Shown: positions 44,257-54,560 of the stretch, piece by piece
Position numbering within the stretch: the stretch's first letter is position 1
How the letters are laid out: the number at the start of each line of letters is the position of its first letter
DNA from: a virus
Lineage: Duplodnaviria; Caudoviricetes
Virus record (IMG/VR): IMGVR_UViG_3300036760_000364
Span: 1 to 60,804 of that record
Length of the DNA stretch: 60,804 nt
Reading direction: 5' to 3' (one strand)
Made by a program: the position numbers and the translations under genes
The notes under the pieces: model-generated
The model's input: the letters and a program-made list of their open reading frames with translations, nothing else
What the model was told of the DNA's origin: nothing
The model's database searches: none

Positions 44257-47200
44257 TGACCTACGATGAAGCTATTCAAGTCGGTGGAAAGCCGATTGAT
44301 ATACAGGCACAAGAAACAATACCCGCCGCACCCGTCGCAAAATTAACCTATGAGGAAGCGATTAAAGCCGGGGGAAAACCTATTCCGGTACAACAACCTC
44401 AAAACATTTATTCCAAATCCGAGGCCCTGCCTCCCGAACAACAAGCCGGGTATCTGTATGAGCAGCCTTTCACAAGACCAAGTGCCGCTGTTCCTGAAAC
44501 AGGTTTATGGGCGGCAGCCAAGGGAGGACTGACACAATCATCTGCGGGGCTCGGATACCGTATTGCTGCCGGAGAGAAAGGAATGCCTGCTCCGTATCAA
44601 CCACAGGGATTTCTTGAGAAACTTGCTATGGGTGCAGGAGAATTAGCCGGTGATATTCCTGCAATGATTGGAGGCGGAGTTGCCGGTTCTGCTGTGCCTA
44701 TTGTAGGAACTACTGCTGGAGCTCTCATGGCTCCCGCTGCAATAAAGGAAACAGAAAAAGCCTATTTAGCTCCTGAAACAACCTCCCTCGGAAAAGCTGC
44801 TAAAGAGGTAGCCATTGCAGGTACAGTTGGTAAATTAATGGAATTCGTAGGCGGAGCAACATTTTTACGTGCCCTCGCACCGGAGTTTCGTCCAATGTAT
44901 CAAGCAGCCGTTAAAGCCGGGGATACCCTGGCAGCAAGAAGCATTATTACGGCTGCTCAGGCAAGTGGAAAGTTTTCGCCTATGATAGCCAAAGCAGTTA
45001 CCCCTGCCGCAGAAATAGCCACAATGGGCACAGCAGAACCCCTCATTCGTGAGGGTAGACTTCCAACCGCAGAGGAACTTGCTTTAACTGCGCTGCCAAT
45101 TACAGGATTGCATATGGCTGGAAAAGTTGGAGGAGCAATTAAATCTGCTGCTGTGCCGGAGGTTAAACCGAAACCGGTTGCCTCAGTTGCTGTTCCGCCA
45201 ATCGAAAAAGGTGGAATGCTTAATGAACCTGCGGTGCGAAAGCAATTTGCTGAAATGGGAATCGAACAACCCACTCCCGGTCTCGCAGAATATGTAACCC
45301 AACGGCCTGAGCTCCATACACCGGAAGTTGTTGCTGAGGCCAACCGGATTAAACAGGATATGTTTGCGCCTCTTAAAGAGGAAAAAGGTGCGATTAGTGT
45401 TGGAAAGCCTGAAACTGAAACACCTCCAATAGACCGCCGTGCGATAGATCGCCTCGATACTCCTAAATCACTTAGAGAACAACTTGATATTGTACGTGAA
45501 AGAATCGAATTCTGGAATAAAGAATTCAAACCAAAGAACGCAGCAGAGGAAATATCTCAAAGAATAGAGATTGAACGGCTTCCTAAAATCGAACAAGAAC
45601 TAACTGACCAACTCAAAGCTGTTGAGGCCTCCAAGGAATTAAAAGACCTGGGAATAGAGCCTCCGCCTGTTTCACCTAAAGAGCCGGTTTCACCAATTGT
45701 TGAAAAGCCCCCTATAGGTGAAACACCTCCTGTCGAGAATCTCCGTCCCGCTATTCAAACTCGCCGAGGGCTTCTTGAGGGGGTCGTTGGCGAAAGTCAC
45801 ATCGATATTCTCAAACGTACAGGCACAAAAGAGTCTCTTGACCACTCAAAGGGGTTCATAACTCCCGATGGGCAATTCCTTAATCGCAAACAGGCAATGG
45901 ATTGGCTTAAGGATAACCAACCTGAAGTCGCAGCGAAACTTAAAGAGCAAGGGGTCAAGGCGCTTCACACCGAGGATTATAATGCAGCGGTTAAAGAAGT
46001 TACCAGAGTCGGTCGTCAAGCCGAACTCAGCCCGCTTTTAGCAAAAAGCTCTGACTCGCTTTTAAGGGCTTACAACCTCAAAGATATTTCTGAAGTTACC
46101 CCGGAAGTTGTAACCAAAATGTCGCAGGATCTGAATCTGCCCGAAAAGGTAATCCAGCAGAATCTCGGACTGCCGTTTTTAAGGTCTGAAGAAGTTCCTA
46201 TAACCAGACCTGAACCTCCAAAGCCTATAGCAGATATTTCTACAACGCCTACTGAAGAAACATTAATCCAACGTTATATAGAAGGTACGTTAGAAATACC
46301 AGAGAAGATAAAACAAAAAGCAACAGAATATATGAAAAAAGGCGGCTATCAGGCTCCATCAAAGATTAGAGAAAGATATGATAATTATATATACAAACAT
46401 TACATACAAAAGATAGCTAGATCTGAATTAGAAACACCGCCGGTTACAGCAGAAGTTCCTCCTGAAACCAAACTCTATGGTGGCGGCCCCTCAACTGAAG
46501 AAATCCTCAAAACAGGAAAGCAATCCGCCGGGGATATTATCGATAAGGCCCGTGAGTTCATCCAAACAGCCAAACGGTCTTTTGGTCATCCCTTTTCTGA
46601 AGTCGAAGCCGCCAAGGGAGCAATGCTTAAACACCATGAAGTAATTCGAGACAGTGCCTGGATGAATAATCTTATAACCAAATGGGGCATTCAACAATAT
46701 GACAAACTGGGTGTTAAGTTAGGAGACAAAGATAAGATTGAAACCCAAACTAATATCCTACTCGCCACTGAAGATCCCGAGCTTAAAGCACAACTTCCCA
46801 GAGAACAACAGACGATGTTAAATCACGCCGAAGAACTCCAAAAATCCATCACCAAGTATGCTGTTGATAATGGCCTGATTACCGCTGAAGTTGCTGCAAA
46901 ACATCCTAACTATATCAAGCACTGGTTAATTGATCCCAAAACCGGAGAGCCGTTTTCGCCCTTTTGGGGGCAATTTTCCAAGAGTGGCCCTTCAATGAAA
47001 GAACGTACCTTTGGAACGTACAAAGAGGCTATGGCCGCTGGATACCAACCGGCTACACTTAATGTAGCAGAGCTTGTTGGTAAAAGCTACCAGGAGGTGC
47101 ATCGTATTGTTGAAACCCGCAAGATGCTTGCCACAATACGCCAGATCGAATCCCCTGTAGGCGGAGAGATGTTGCGCTCTGCCCAGGGAGAACTCAAACC

Positions 47201-48881
47201 AATGCGTATCATGGAACCGTGGTCACGGCTGATTAAACAAAACAAGACCGACGGCTATACCAAATTCGATCATCGGCTGCTTGACTATGCAATTCATTAT
47301 AAAGATCAAGACGGAGTATCACACATTATCGAGGGGCCAGTTGGAGTTCGAAAAGAGTTCCTTCCGTGGGTTAGGGCATATATAGAGAACCCCACATACT
47401 CAAAAGCCGAGCAACTCAATAATATGTTTAAAACCGGTAAGATGACTTCGGGCTTTCATATAATCTCATTGACCGCAAATGGGCTCGCCGGCGGACGTGG
47501 AATAGCTGGAAAGATGCCTATTGAGAACGTCATTCGGGGCCTCAAAGAAGCTGAGGTAATGTCTCCTGAACTGCGGGTACTTAATAAATGTGGGCTGGAT
47601 GCCTTTAAACGTATCAACTATGAAGATATCGGACGCTATCACAACATGCTCTATGGTGGAGGACTTGTCAAGAAAACTATAACCTTCGTACCCCGGGAAA
47701 TGACCGCACTCACTTTTGATGTTGTTCATCGGGGGCTTTCTGTTAGTCTCGGGCTGGATATATTTCGGGATATGAAACAACGTGCCATTAACAGGGTGGA
47801 ACGACCTCTTACCGTGGCAGAAGAAACTGAAATTGGCTATAAAGCAGTTGATATCGTAACCAACATGCTAAGTGGCGGCGATGCTAAATCCAAGATGCTG
47901 CGGGCAACCGAGTGGATGGCAAAATACTGGTATAGCCCAGAAGCAAGACAGAAATGGCAATTTGGTTTGCTCTCCCCTTCCTGGCAACGAGCTCACATCG
48001 CCATAGCCAAGGAAATTCTTAAATCCGTTGCGCATCCAATGGCACTCGAATCGAAATACTATCGTGGCTATGTGTATGGCGCAATAGGTGTTTATGCGGC
48101 GGCAAATCTCTATAATTATTTTATGACACAATACCTGGACGGCGAAGGAAAGTGGATGTTTGAGAACCCTAATCCCTGGGTTGTCAGGATGCCTTGGAAT
48201 AATCCTGATGGGTCAGCAGTCTACGGGCGACTCTTAAAATCTATCTTCGAGATTCCCGAAGCGATTCAAGACTTATCTGGACGTGTTATAGCAAAGGTAA
48301 GCCCGCCTATTGGGGCAGCCCTGCATTATTACAAGGACAGGTTGGCTAAATCGAACACGGAACTTGCAAAGGACTTCGTGAAAGATCTAGCTCTTCCAAT
48401 GGCCGCACAACGCACTGAGGAATGGATGAAAGGTAAAGCTGCTTTACCAACTGCTCTCGCACCGGTTATTGGAGTTCCTATGACTGCCAGTAAAGCCCAC
48501 ACTCCCGCTGAAGTTGCCGCATCTCGTTATATGACGAAAAAATACTCAGGGTTATTTCAGCAAACCAAGGAAAGCGAGCTCCGCAAGAATATTGTGGACT
48601 CATTCAGGCGCAGTCCTTATATTGACATGTTGCCTAAAAAGGAACGAGCGTTTTATGAGACTCTTTCAGAAACTACACGGAGGAGGCTCAGAAATGAAGC
48701 CCAGTTAGGCTACCTGGAAGGTGCAATCTCCCATCTCTCCATCGATGAGGCTTTTGAGGTCTATAAAAAGGCTAACCCCGAAGAACGTCAGAAACTTTTC
48801 AAACACATTCAATCAAGGCTCCGTGACGTACCATCCGACAAGAGAGATGCAGCTATCTTAAAATGGAGGGCATTGCAATAA
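44256..48881 (+). CDS. Large internal virion / DNA-ejection protein (1541 aa)
   Basis: Size, Ala/Gly hydrophobic N-terminal region, last gene of the morphogenesis module. Confidence 0.65.
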   Translation: MTYDEAIQVGGKPIDIQAQETIPAAPVAKLTYEEAIKAGGKPIPVQQPQNIYSKSEALPPEQQAGYLYEQPFTRPSAAVPETGLWAAAKGGLTQSSAGLGYRIAAGEKGMPAPYQPQGFLEKLAMGAGELAGDIPAMIGGGVAGSAVPIVGTTAGALMAPAAIKETEKAYLAPETTSLGKAAKEVAIAGTVGKLMEFVGGATFLRALAPEFRPMYQAAVKAGDTLAARSIITAAQASGKFSPMIAKAVTPAAEIATMGTAEPLIREGRLPTAEELALTALPITGLHMAGKVGGAIKSAAVPEVKPKPVASVAVPPIEKGGMLNEPAVRKQFAEMGIEQPTPGLAEYVTQRPELHTPEVVAEANRIKQDMFAPLKEEKGAISVGKPETETPPIDRRAIDRLDTPKSLREQLDIVRERIEFWNKEFKPKNAAEEISQRIEIERLPKIEQELTDQLKAVEASKELKDLGIEPPPVSPKEPVSPIVEKPPIGETPPVENLRPAIQTRRGLLEGVVGESHIDILKRTGTKESLDHSKGFITPDGQFLNRKQAMDWLKDNQPEVAAKLKEQGVKALHTEDYNAAVKEVTRVGRQAELSPLLAKSSDSLLRAYNLKDISEVTPEVVTKMSQDLNLPEKVIQQNLGLPFLRSEEVPITRPEPPKPIADISTTPTEETLIQRYIEGTLEIPEKIKQKATEYMKKGGYQAPSKIRERYDNYIYKHYIQKIARSELETPPVTAEVPPETKLYGGGPSTEEILKTGKQSAGDIIDKAREFIQTAKRSFGHPFSEVEAAKGAMLKHHEVIRDSAWMNNLITKWGIQQYDKLGVKLGDKDKIETQTNILLATEDPELKAQLPREQQTMLNHAEELQKSITKYAVDNGLITAEVAAKHPNYIKHWLIDPKTGEPFSPFWGQFSKSGPSMKERTFGTYKEAMAAGYQPATLNVAELVGKSYQEVHRIVETRKMLATIRQIESPVGGEMLRSAQGELKPMRIMEPWSRLIKQNKTDGYTKFDHRLLDYAIHYKDQDGVSHIIEGPVGVRKEFLPWVRAYIENPTYSKAEQLNNMFKTGKMTSGFHIISLTANGLAGGRGIAGKMPIENVIRGLKEAEVMSPELRVLNKCGLDAFKRINYEDIGRYHNMLYGGGLVKKTITFVPREMTALTFDVVHRGLSVSLGLDIFRDMKQRAINRVERPLTVAEETEIGYKAVDIVTNMLSGGDAKSKMLRATEWMAKYWYSPEARQKWQFGLLSPSWQRAHIAIAKEILKSVAHPMALESKYYRGYVYGAIGVYAAANLYNYFMTQYLDGEGKWMFENPNPWVVRMPWNNPDGSAVYGRLLKSIFEIPEAIQDLSGRVIAKVSPPIGAALHYYKDRLAKSNTELAKDFVKDLALPMAAQRTEEWMKGKAALPTALAPVIGVPMTASKAHTPAEVAASRYMTKKYSGLFQQTKESELRKNIVDSFRRSPYIDMLPKKERAFYETLSETTRRRLRNEAQLGYLEGAISHLSIDEAFEVYKKANPEERQKLFKHIQSRLRDVPSDKRDAAILKWRALQ

Positions 48882-50137
48882 TGGCTACTCCGAAAGCATT
48901 ATTTTTTGATTATGGATTATTTCTTGGGATAGCAATGGAGTTTGCAAGGCACGGGATTGATACAGGTTATTATAGTCCCTGGAAAGGTTCAATGCCTACT
49001 GCGGAGAAAGCTCAAATTGGCGAGGGGATTGATGGTATCGATAATGAATGGCAGTTTTTTGATGCCGTCAGGAAACGCAACAAACATGAGGACGTAATTA
49101 TCTTCCCTGATGTCGGAGATGGCGATCTCATTACGCATCTTCGGGAAGATGGTTATAATGTTTTTGGCTCAGGCCATTCGGATATTATCGAAATGAACCG
49201 ACTTCAACTCAAGGAGGTGCTTAAAAAAGTCGGGCTGCCTGTGATACCGTTTAAACATATTATTGGAATCGATGCTCTCGAAAAGCACCTCAAAACCGTC
49301 AATAATAAATACATCAAGACTTCCTATTTCAGGGGCCTGATGGAAACCATGCACCATGATACGTGGGATCACTCCAAGCAGCGTATTGACAAGCTTCGTC
49401 ATGATGCAGGAGCTTTCCAGAATAAAATGGATTTCATTGTTGAGGATCCCGTTGAGGGCATTGAATGGGGAACAGAATGGTTCTGTGCCAAGAAGGGTTT
49501 CTTACCAATGGGTGCAATAGGAATCGAGAACAAGAACACCTGCTACCTTGGAAAACCAATCTCACTTTATGATCTGCCTGCTCCCTTCGGGGAGGTTCAT
49601 GATAACCTGGAAGGGTGGTTTGTTCGGCATGGCTTGCTTGGAGCCTTTAGCACGGAAGTCCTGGTGGATGAGAACCTGACTCCCTGGTTCAATGATGCCA
49701 CACAACGCTTTGGCTCCCCCCCGGATGCCTCTCTTTGTAACCTGTGGGAGAATCTCTCGGACAATATGATAGCAATTGCTAAAGGGGAATCACCACAGCT
49801 AAAAGCAAATGCTAAATATGTGGCTCAGGTATTTTTAAAGTCGGAATGGGCAGTCCAGGAGACCACATATCTTGATTTCCCTGAAGAAAACCTTGGCAGA
49901 TTGTTCTTTCGGAACCTCTGCAAGATGGATGACAGGTATCTTTACGTCCCCCAGGATAAGTCTGACATTGTAGGCTCAGCAGTGGGGCTTGGTAACACTA
50001 TCGAGGAAGCTGAAGCAAATGCTTTCAAAATGGCAGAGACGGTAACGGCAGATGAATTAACATATGCTAAAGATGGATTTGATAAGATACACGAATCCAT
50101 CGAGACAGCTAAATCATTCGGAATGGGGGAATTCTAA
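48881..50137 (+). CDS. ATP-grasp ligase, PurD (GAR synthetase)-like fold
   Basis: VFGS.....E.NR...K..L.KVGLP, YIKTS, FIVE..VEGIE, NDAT.RFG.P. Confidence 0.8.
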   Translation: MATPKALFFDYGLFLGIAMEFARHGIDTGYYSPWKGSMPTAEKAQIGEGIDGIDNEWQFFDAVRKRNKHEDVIIFPDVGDGDLITHLREDGYNVFGSGHSDIIEMNRLQLKEVLKKVGLPVIPFKHIIGIDALEKHLKTVNNKYIKTSYFRGLMETMHHDTWDHSKQRIDKLRHDAGAFQNKMDFIVEDPVEGIEWGTEWFCAKKGFLPMGAIGIENKNTCYLGKPISLYDLPAPFGEVHDNLEGWFVRHGLLGAFSTEVLVDENLTPWFNDATQRFGSPPDASLCNLWENLSDNMIAIAKGESPQLKANAKYVAQVFLKSEWAVQETTYLDFPEENLGRLFFRNLCKMDDRYLYVPQDKSDIVGSAVGLGNTIEEAEANAFKMAETVTADELTYAKDGFDKIHESIETAKSFGMGEF

Positions 50138-50544
50138 TGGCATTGAGTATTCATGTTATTACAATTGATGGAACAGATATGAGATATCCTACTGTCGGGG
50201 ATTATATCGGTACACCTAATGCAAGGGTTGTTATGGTGGCTGAAATGGGGGATTGGAGAAAGGAATTGCTTGTTGCGGTACATGAGATAATTGAACAATC
50301 TCTCTGCTTTGATCGGGGAATTAGCGAAAAAGCCATCACCGCTTTCGATAAACATTTTGAAGCTACCAAGGGGAATACCCATGAGGAACCCGGAAACTAG
50401 CCTGATGCGCCTTACTATAAAGAACATCAATTCGCCACAAAAATCGAGAGGGAACTATGTAAGAAATTGAGATTGTCCTGGAAAGAATATAATGACGCTG
50501 TAAACGAAACTTTCGACAAGGCTTTTTCAAAGGAGGAAACTTAG
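50137..50544 (+). CDS. HExxE-motif protein with in-frame TAG at 50398-50400
   Basis: RY.TVGD, AVHEIIE, EEPGN*PDAPYYKEHQFATKIER; frame stays open 47 codons up to the next gene. Confidence 0.7.
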
Positions 50545-50946
50545 TTGGCCAAAATCGTTAAACCATTTGGGGTGCAGCTTTTGCTCGATTGTTATGAATG
50601 TAGCCATGAGGCTATTGACAATCTGGATATCGGTTATACATTTCTTGAAGAGGCCGTTGAGGTACTGGGAGTCCATAAACAGGCTCCCCCGTATATTTTC
50701 AGAACACCGACAGAGTTTGAAGACAAGGCCGGTTTGAGTGGGGTTGTAATGCTTGTGGAATCATCGATTGTGCTTCATACGCTGTGCGTAAGGGATTATG
50801 TTAGTATAGATTATTATACATGCTCCATCATTGACAGATACAAAAAATCTGCCCTTATTGAACTGGCCCAGGACACCTTCAACCCGACTCATATCGAAAC
50901 GCAATTCCTCAAACGAGGCAGAGCCTATTATGGACAAACCGCTTAA
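50545..50946 (+). CDS. speD: S-adenosylmethionine decarboxylase-like proenzyme (pyruvoyl-dependent)
   Basis: FG.QLLLD.Y.C, GLSGVVMLVES-SIVLHT cleavage motif, IDYYTCS, LKRG; AAGGAGG RBS with TTG start. Confidence 0.85.
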   Translation: MAKIVKPFGVQLLLDCYECSHEAIDNLDIGYTFLEEAVEVLGVHKQAPPYIFRTPTEFEDKAGLSGVVMLVESSIVLHTLCVRDYVSIDYYTCSIIDRYKKSALIELAQDTFNPTHIETQFLKRGRAYYGQTA

Positions 50947-51061
50947 ATGCAAGGATTGTTTGTTTTACAGAGCCAAGCTCAAGTTAAATTGCATCCAGAA
51001 AGTGCAATTGACGAATCCCCTATACCCGGCTTGTAAAGAATTCAAACCCAAGGAGAAATGA
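50930..51061 (+). CDS. Small Cys-motif protein
   Basis: KCKDC.FY...C...AC.EF. Confidence 0.5.
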   Translation: MDKPLKCKDCLFYRAKLKLNCIQKVQLTNPLYPACKEFKPKEK

Positions 51062-51064
51062 GAT

Positions 51065-51469
51065 ATGCAAGTTGAAATAAACAGCCAGAATATGCAGGGA
51101 TTTCTTGTTGTGTTAACTATCTGTGCCATTATTCTGAAAGGGGCTTTTACGGCAATTGGAGCATGGCATAAATCAAAATCCAAGGTAATAATGAAGGAAG
51201 ATTATCAAGTAGCTCATACCGCACTTCAGACAGAACTTGAGGCATTTAAGGCAGCCTGTGAAAGGAGACGGGCTGAGTGTATGAATTACCTACTGGCCAT
51301 TAAAGAAAAACAAACAGAACTCCGCCAAAAGCTCCCGCTGGATTATCTGCTCAAGAACGATTTCCGTCAGGAAATGCAGGGGATCAAAGAGTGGTTAACC
51401 TCAATAGATAACAAGATTGACAAGTTAATATCATGCCGTTTGTATGACCGTGAGGAGGAAACAAAATGA
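51065..51469 (+). CDS. Membrane-anchored coiled-coil protein
   Basis: N-terminal TM, heptads; AAGGAG RBS. Confidence 0.7.
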   Translation: MQVEINSQNMQGFLVVLTICAIILKGAFTAIGAWHKSKSKVIMKEDYQVAHTALQTELEAFKAACERRRAECMNYLLAIKEKQTELRQKLPLDYLLKNDFRQEMQGIKEWLTSIDNKIDKLISCRLYDREEETK

Positions 51470-51762
51470 CACTAACACTGGAACAGAGAAAGTGTCCTGC
51501 TACTCTTATCAAAATTGTTTGCGATATAATGAAGCGAGACGGGAAGGTTGAACTGGACTGCGGTCACTATGCAATCCTGGGACATACCGAACAGGAACTA
51601 ACTGTTGAGGAAACCGAGCCCCATCAGTTCATTGTGATTTGTAAGAACTGTGCTACCAGGCAGGGTGATGAGACCTGTGCGTTTATACTGGGAGAGGAAG
51701 ATGTGGTGGAGAGAGATCCCGAGGAAGACACACCGGAGGAACCGATTGGATGCAGGTGTTAG
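51466..51762 (+). CDS. Hypothetical Zn-binding protein
   Basis: LDCGH...CKNC; ATGA-coupled. Confidence 0.65.
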   Translation: MTLTLEQRKCPATLIKIVCDIMKRDGKVELDCGHYAILGHTEQELTVEETEPHQFIVICKNCATRQGDETCAFILGEEDVVERDPEEDTPEEPIGCRC

Positions 51763-51872
51763 TGTAGCTCATTTAACACTGTTTCCTGTTCTCCGGCACG
51801 ATCTGTCATGTTGCTATAGCTTACCATAAAGCAAGCTTAGATTAAAACTGAGACACTACCTGTTTTCCCATC

Positions 51873-52643
51873 TCATCCTCGATAGACCTTCCCATTCCAG
51901 ATGGCCCGTCTATTAACTATATCCACATTATACATCGAAAAGAACCCCTCCTTGTCCAGATAAAAAACCCCAAAAGATTGTTGCCATACCGATTTCTGGT
52001 TATACATCCAATCTCTGTCTCGAATACACAAACAGCCAATGCCAAAAGCGGCATGACTGTCGGTAGTTCCATCACGTTTCAGGGTTTCATGTGGGAATCT
52101 TTGTACGCTATGAAAATGGCCATAGACAACCGACCGGCCAATCTGTGCCCACTGTTTTGCGTGATGAATAGATTGATACCCACGTCTGTCTCCGTGATGA
52201 AACATCAACTTGCCCTCGTTATAAAATCTGCCATGTGGAACATTCAAGTCGCAATGCTTAAAATTAACAACCCGCTTTGTTACGTCAATATCAAAGGTTT
52301 CTGCAAGTTCGGCGTGTGCCTCAACATAGCGAATAAGCCTTTCACAGTGATTGCCAGTTAAATGAATAAACTGGCAGTCCTTACCGATGATTGTACGAAA
52401 ATCAGACAGAATGTCTTCAACTCTTTCGATGTCTTTTGTAAGCCGCTTCCCCTCAAGTTTGAGGGGTTTGTTTTTATCGTAGTGATTGATGGATTCAAAC
52501 TCGCTTGTATCCCCAAGATCGATAAGTACGTGGGGTTTTACATCCTGAATGACCTGTTTCAGGATTTCAACTGCGTGCTCATCTTGATAAGGGGCATGTA
52601 GATCCCCAAAAACGATTCCCCGTTTGATGGTTTCTTTGGACAT
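51873..52643 (-). CDS. Calcineurin-like metallophosphoesterase
   Basis: GDLH, LGD, GNH, HHG, GHFH motifs. Confidence 0.9.
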   Translation of the reverse strand: MSKETIKRGIVFGDLHAPYQDEHAVEILKQVIQDVKPHVLIDLGDTSEFESINHYDKNKPLKLEGKRLTKDIERVEDILSDFRTIIGKDCQFIHLTGNHCERLIRYVEAHAELAETFDIDVTKRVVNFKHCDLNVPHGRFYNEGKLMFHHGDRRGYQSIHHAKQWAQIGRSVVYGHFHSVQRFPHETLKRDGTTDSHAAFGIGCLCIRDRDWMYNQKSVWQQSFGVFYLDKEGFFSMYNVDIVNRRAIWNGKVYRG

Positions 52644-52930
52644 TATCTGGCCTCCCGTAGCACTCTCTCATGTTCTTTTAGTTTTTTAAACGCCCTTGTA
52701 TATATCAAAGGGCACTCTACATCTGGTGTTGGGAGTTGTAACGGTGCATTAAAGGTCATAACAGTTAACCAAAGTTTACCCCTGATCAAAATCTTCAATC
52801 TTTCAACAAAGGATAAACCCCAGCAACTAACAACAGTTCCCTCCTTTGATTTAAAAATAGGCGTAGGCGAATCCTCTAATTGGTTTCCCCGAAAAATAAT
52901 GTTTGCCTCCTCAAATTTTATTGGAATCAT
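52643..52930 (-). CDS. Conserved phage hypothetical protein
   Basis: PI.F.EAN...VVSCW.LSF.ERLK.L..GKLWL.V.TF..PLQ. Confidence 0.75.
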   Translation of the reverse strand: MIPIKFEEANIIFRGNQLEDSPTPIFKSKEGTVVSCWGLSFVERLKILIRGKLWLTVMTFNAPLQLPTPDVECPLIYTRAFKKLKEHERVLREAR

Positions 52931-52948
52931 TTTAGTCTCTCTGCTTTC

Positions 52949-53146
52949 TTATTTATAGTCCCAAATGCCCAGCTTTTCATAATGTGCGCTTTTGCCCACA
53001 TAAGTAATTTTAAAGTAGTCTTCAAGCGCATAATTACGTTTCCTATGTTCGTTAATATGTTCGTATAAATCCTTAATAGCTCTTTGATTAGCTTCGAGTG
53101 ACGCATATAATTTGTCAATCGACTCTCTTGCCTGGGCATCTCTCAT
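52949..53146 (-). CDS. Hypothetical coiled-coil protein
   Basis: AGGAGG RBS; ATGA-coupled. Confidence 0.6.
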   Translation of the reverse strand: MRDAQARESIDKLYASLEANQRAIKDLYEHINEHRKRNYALEDYFKITYVGKSAHYEKLGIWDYK

Positions 53147-54312
53147 TTCTCATGTCCTCCTATCCAATGTAACATCTCTCCCTTAACCGTTGTTTCTACT
53201 TGAATCTTCTGCATGGCCAGTAGTGATCTTACTACCTCTTGCGTGTCTCTATAAGACACATCCTGCCAGAACTCCCCACACACCTCACTCAGCAGACAGG
53301 ATTTCTTTGCCTGTATGTATTTCTGCACCCGAGATATTGCATAAGCCAGCTTGTTAAGTCCATAAGCTCCATAAGCCTCCGCCATGTGCTGTTCGAGCTT
53401 TACAAGCCATTTGAGGCCCCGATGCCAGTCTACTTTCTTGATAATATAGTCAATTTCGCCCTTTCCCGACGACCTCGCAAGAGACATCAACATAGCCAAC
53501 TTGACGACATGCGTAGGGATTCGGTCAATATAAGAAGTGAAGTAAGGATGTTGGCGCAGAGAGGATTTTTCAAATTCTCCATTTTCGTACCAGTTAATTA
53601 AGAGCTTCTTGGTCTCGTTATCAAAATGCATCTCGCCCTGGGCGGCATTGATAAGTGCGACCTGTTTTAGAAGTTGTTCTTCCATTAATGGATTGATAAT
53701 AGGAAAAGCCCTCTTGAGGCGTTCCCTGTTACAGACGACATAGATGATTCGGGAGGTCGTACCCGAGCCAATAGCCTCCTTGGGTAGCGTGGAGGCCAAG
53801 ATGTCAGGTTGAATTGCGCCGATCATGGTAAAGTAGACATTCTTCAGATGAACCTCATCCTGGGTGGCGGTGATGTAGTCAAACTTATCACGGCAGTCGA
53901 AGAGTTTGTTGAGATTGTTAAGAAATTCCTTGTCCTGGTCGCCAATAAAGAATTGCCACTCCTCGCTTATCAAGCCCCAGGAACAATGCCGGATGTCCTT
54001 GCCGTCAATCTGGATAACTTTGTGCTTGGCCTCCATTGCATTCCACATCGCACGCAGGGTAGCTTTATCAGGCATCAGATTAACTTCAAGGCCCCGAAGA
54101 AGTTGATTTGCCCGACGAATAACGCTTTTCTTTGTTCCAGGAGGCCCAACAAGAATAAGATAGACGTTCGGATAGATCGAGTCAACTCCCCAGTTAACCC
54201 AGACCTTACGTTCCACTGCGGCACTGATTGTAAAAAGCGCCGTGGCGGTCTGGAAATTCAAGGGGGACTCGACTTCGTGAAGCCAGTCATGGAACAGGTC
54301 TATGAAGTGCAA
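53143..54312 (-). CDS. DUF3987/YfjI-like P-loop protein (putative replicative helicase)
   Basis: ESP..F, IYPNVY.ILVGPPG.KKS, SEE, G..SRIIYV, KLAM. Confidence 0.75.
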   Translation of the reverse strand: MHFIDLFHDWLHEVESPLNFQTATALFTISAAVERKVWVNWGVDSIYPNVYLILVGPPGTKKSVIRRANQLLRGLEVNLMPDKATLRAMWNAMEAKHKVIQIDGKDIRHCSWGLISEEWQFFIGDQDKEFLNNLNKLFDCRDKFDYITATQDEVHLKNVYFTMIGAIQPDILASTLPKEAIGSGTTSRIIYVVCNRERLKRAFPIINPLMEEQLLKQVALINAAQGEMHFDNETKKLLINWYENGEFEKSSLRQHPYFTSYIDRIPTHVVKLAMLMSLARSSGKGEIDYIIKKVDWHRGLKWLVKLEQHMAEAYGAYGLNKLAYAISRVQKYIQAKKSCLLSEVCGEFWQDVSYRDTQEVVRSLLAMQKIQVETTVKGEMLHWIGGHEK

Positions 54313-54338
54313 TTAGTAATCCTTTCTTTCGAAGTGCA

Positions 54339-54560
54339 TTAGGCCCCTATCGCTGGCGGAGTATTCTCCCCGCTTACAGGTTCAAGCTGCCTGGTAACAT
54401 CCAGCCTTACGATGGTCTGGTTATGAGCATCATCATAACGAATCTCTGTCCACCTTGCCTCGACATGTTGCTGTTTCTCAAAGACTCTCACGGCTTCCTC
54501 GATAAGGGGCAACAGGACAATCTCATTGAAGGTTAGAACAAAAGAGCCGCTGGCCATCAT
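54339..54560 (-). CDS. Hypothetical protein
   Basis: Coupled ORF. Confidence 0.6.
   Translation of the reverse strand: MMASGSFVLTFNEIVLLPLIEEAVRVFEKQQHVEARWTEIRYDDAHNQTIVRLDVTRQLEPVSGENTPPAIGA

Noticed and set aside
51755-51782. tRNA or tRNA-derived attP (GTAGCTCA)
   Set aside because: No T-arm or cloverleaf; only a hairpin at the convergence of the two transcription arms
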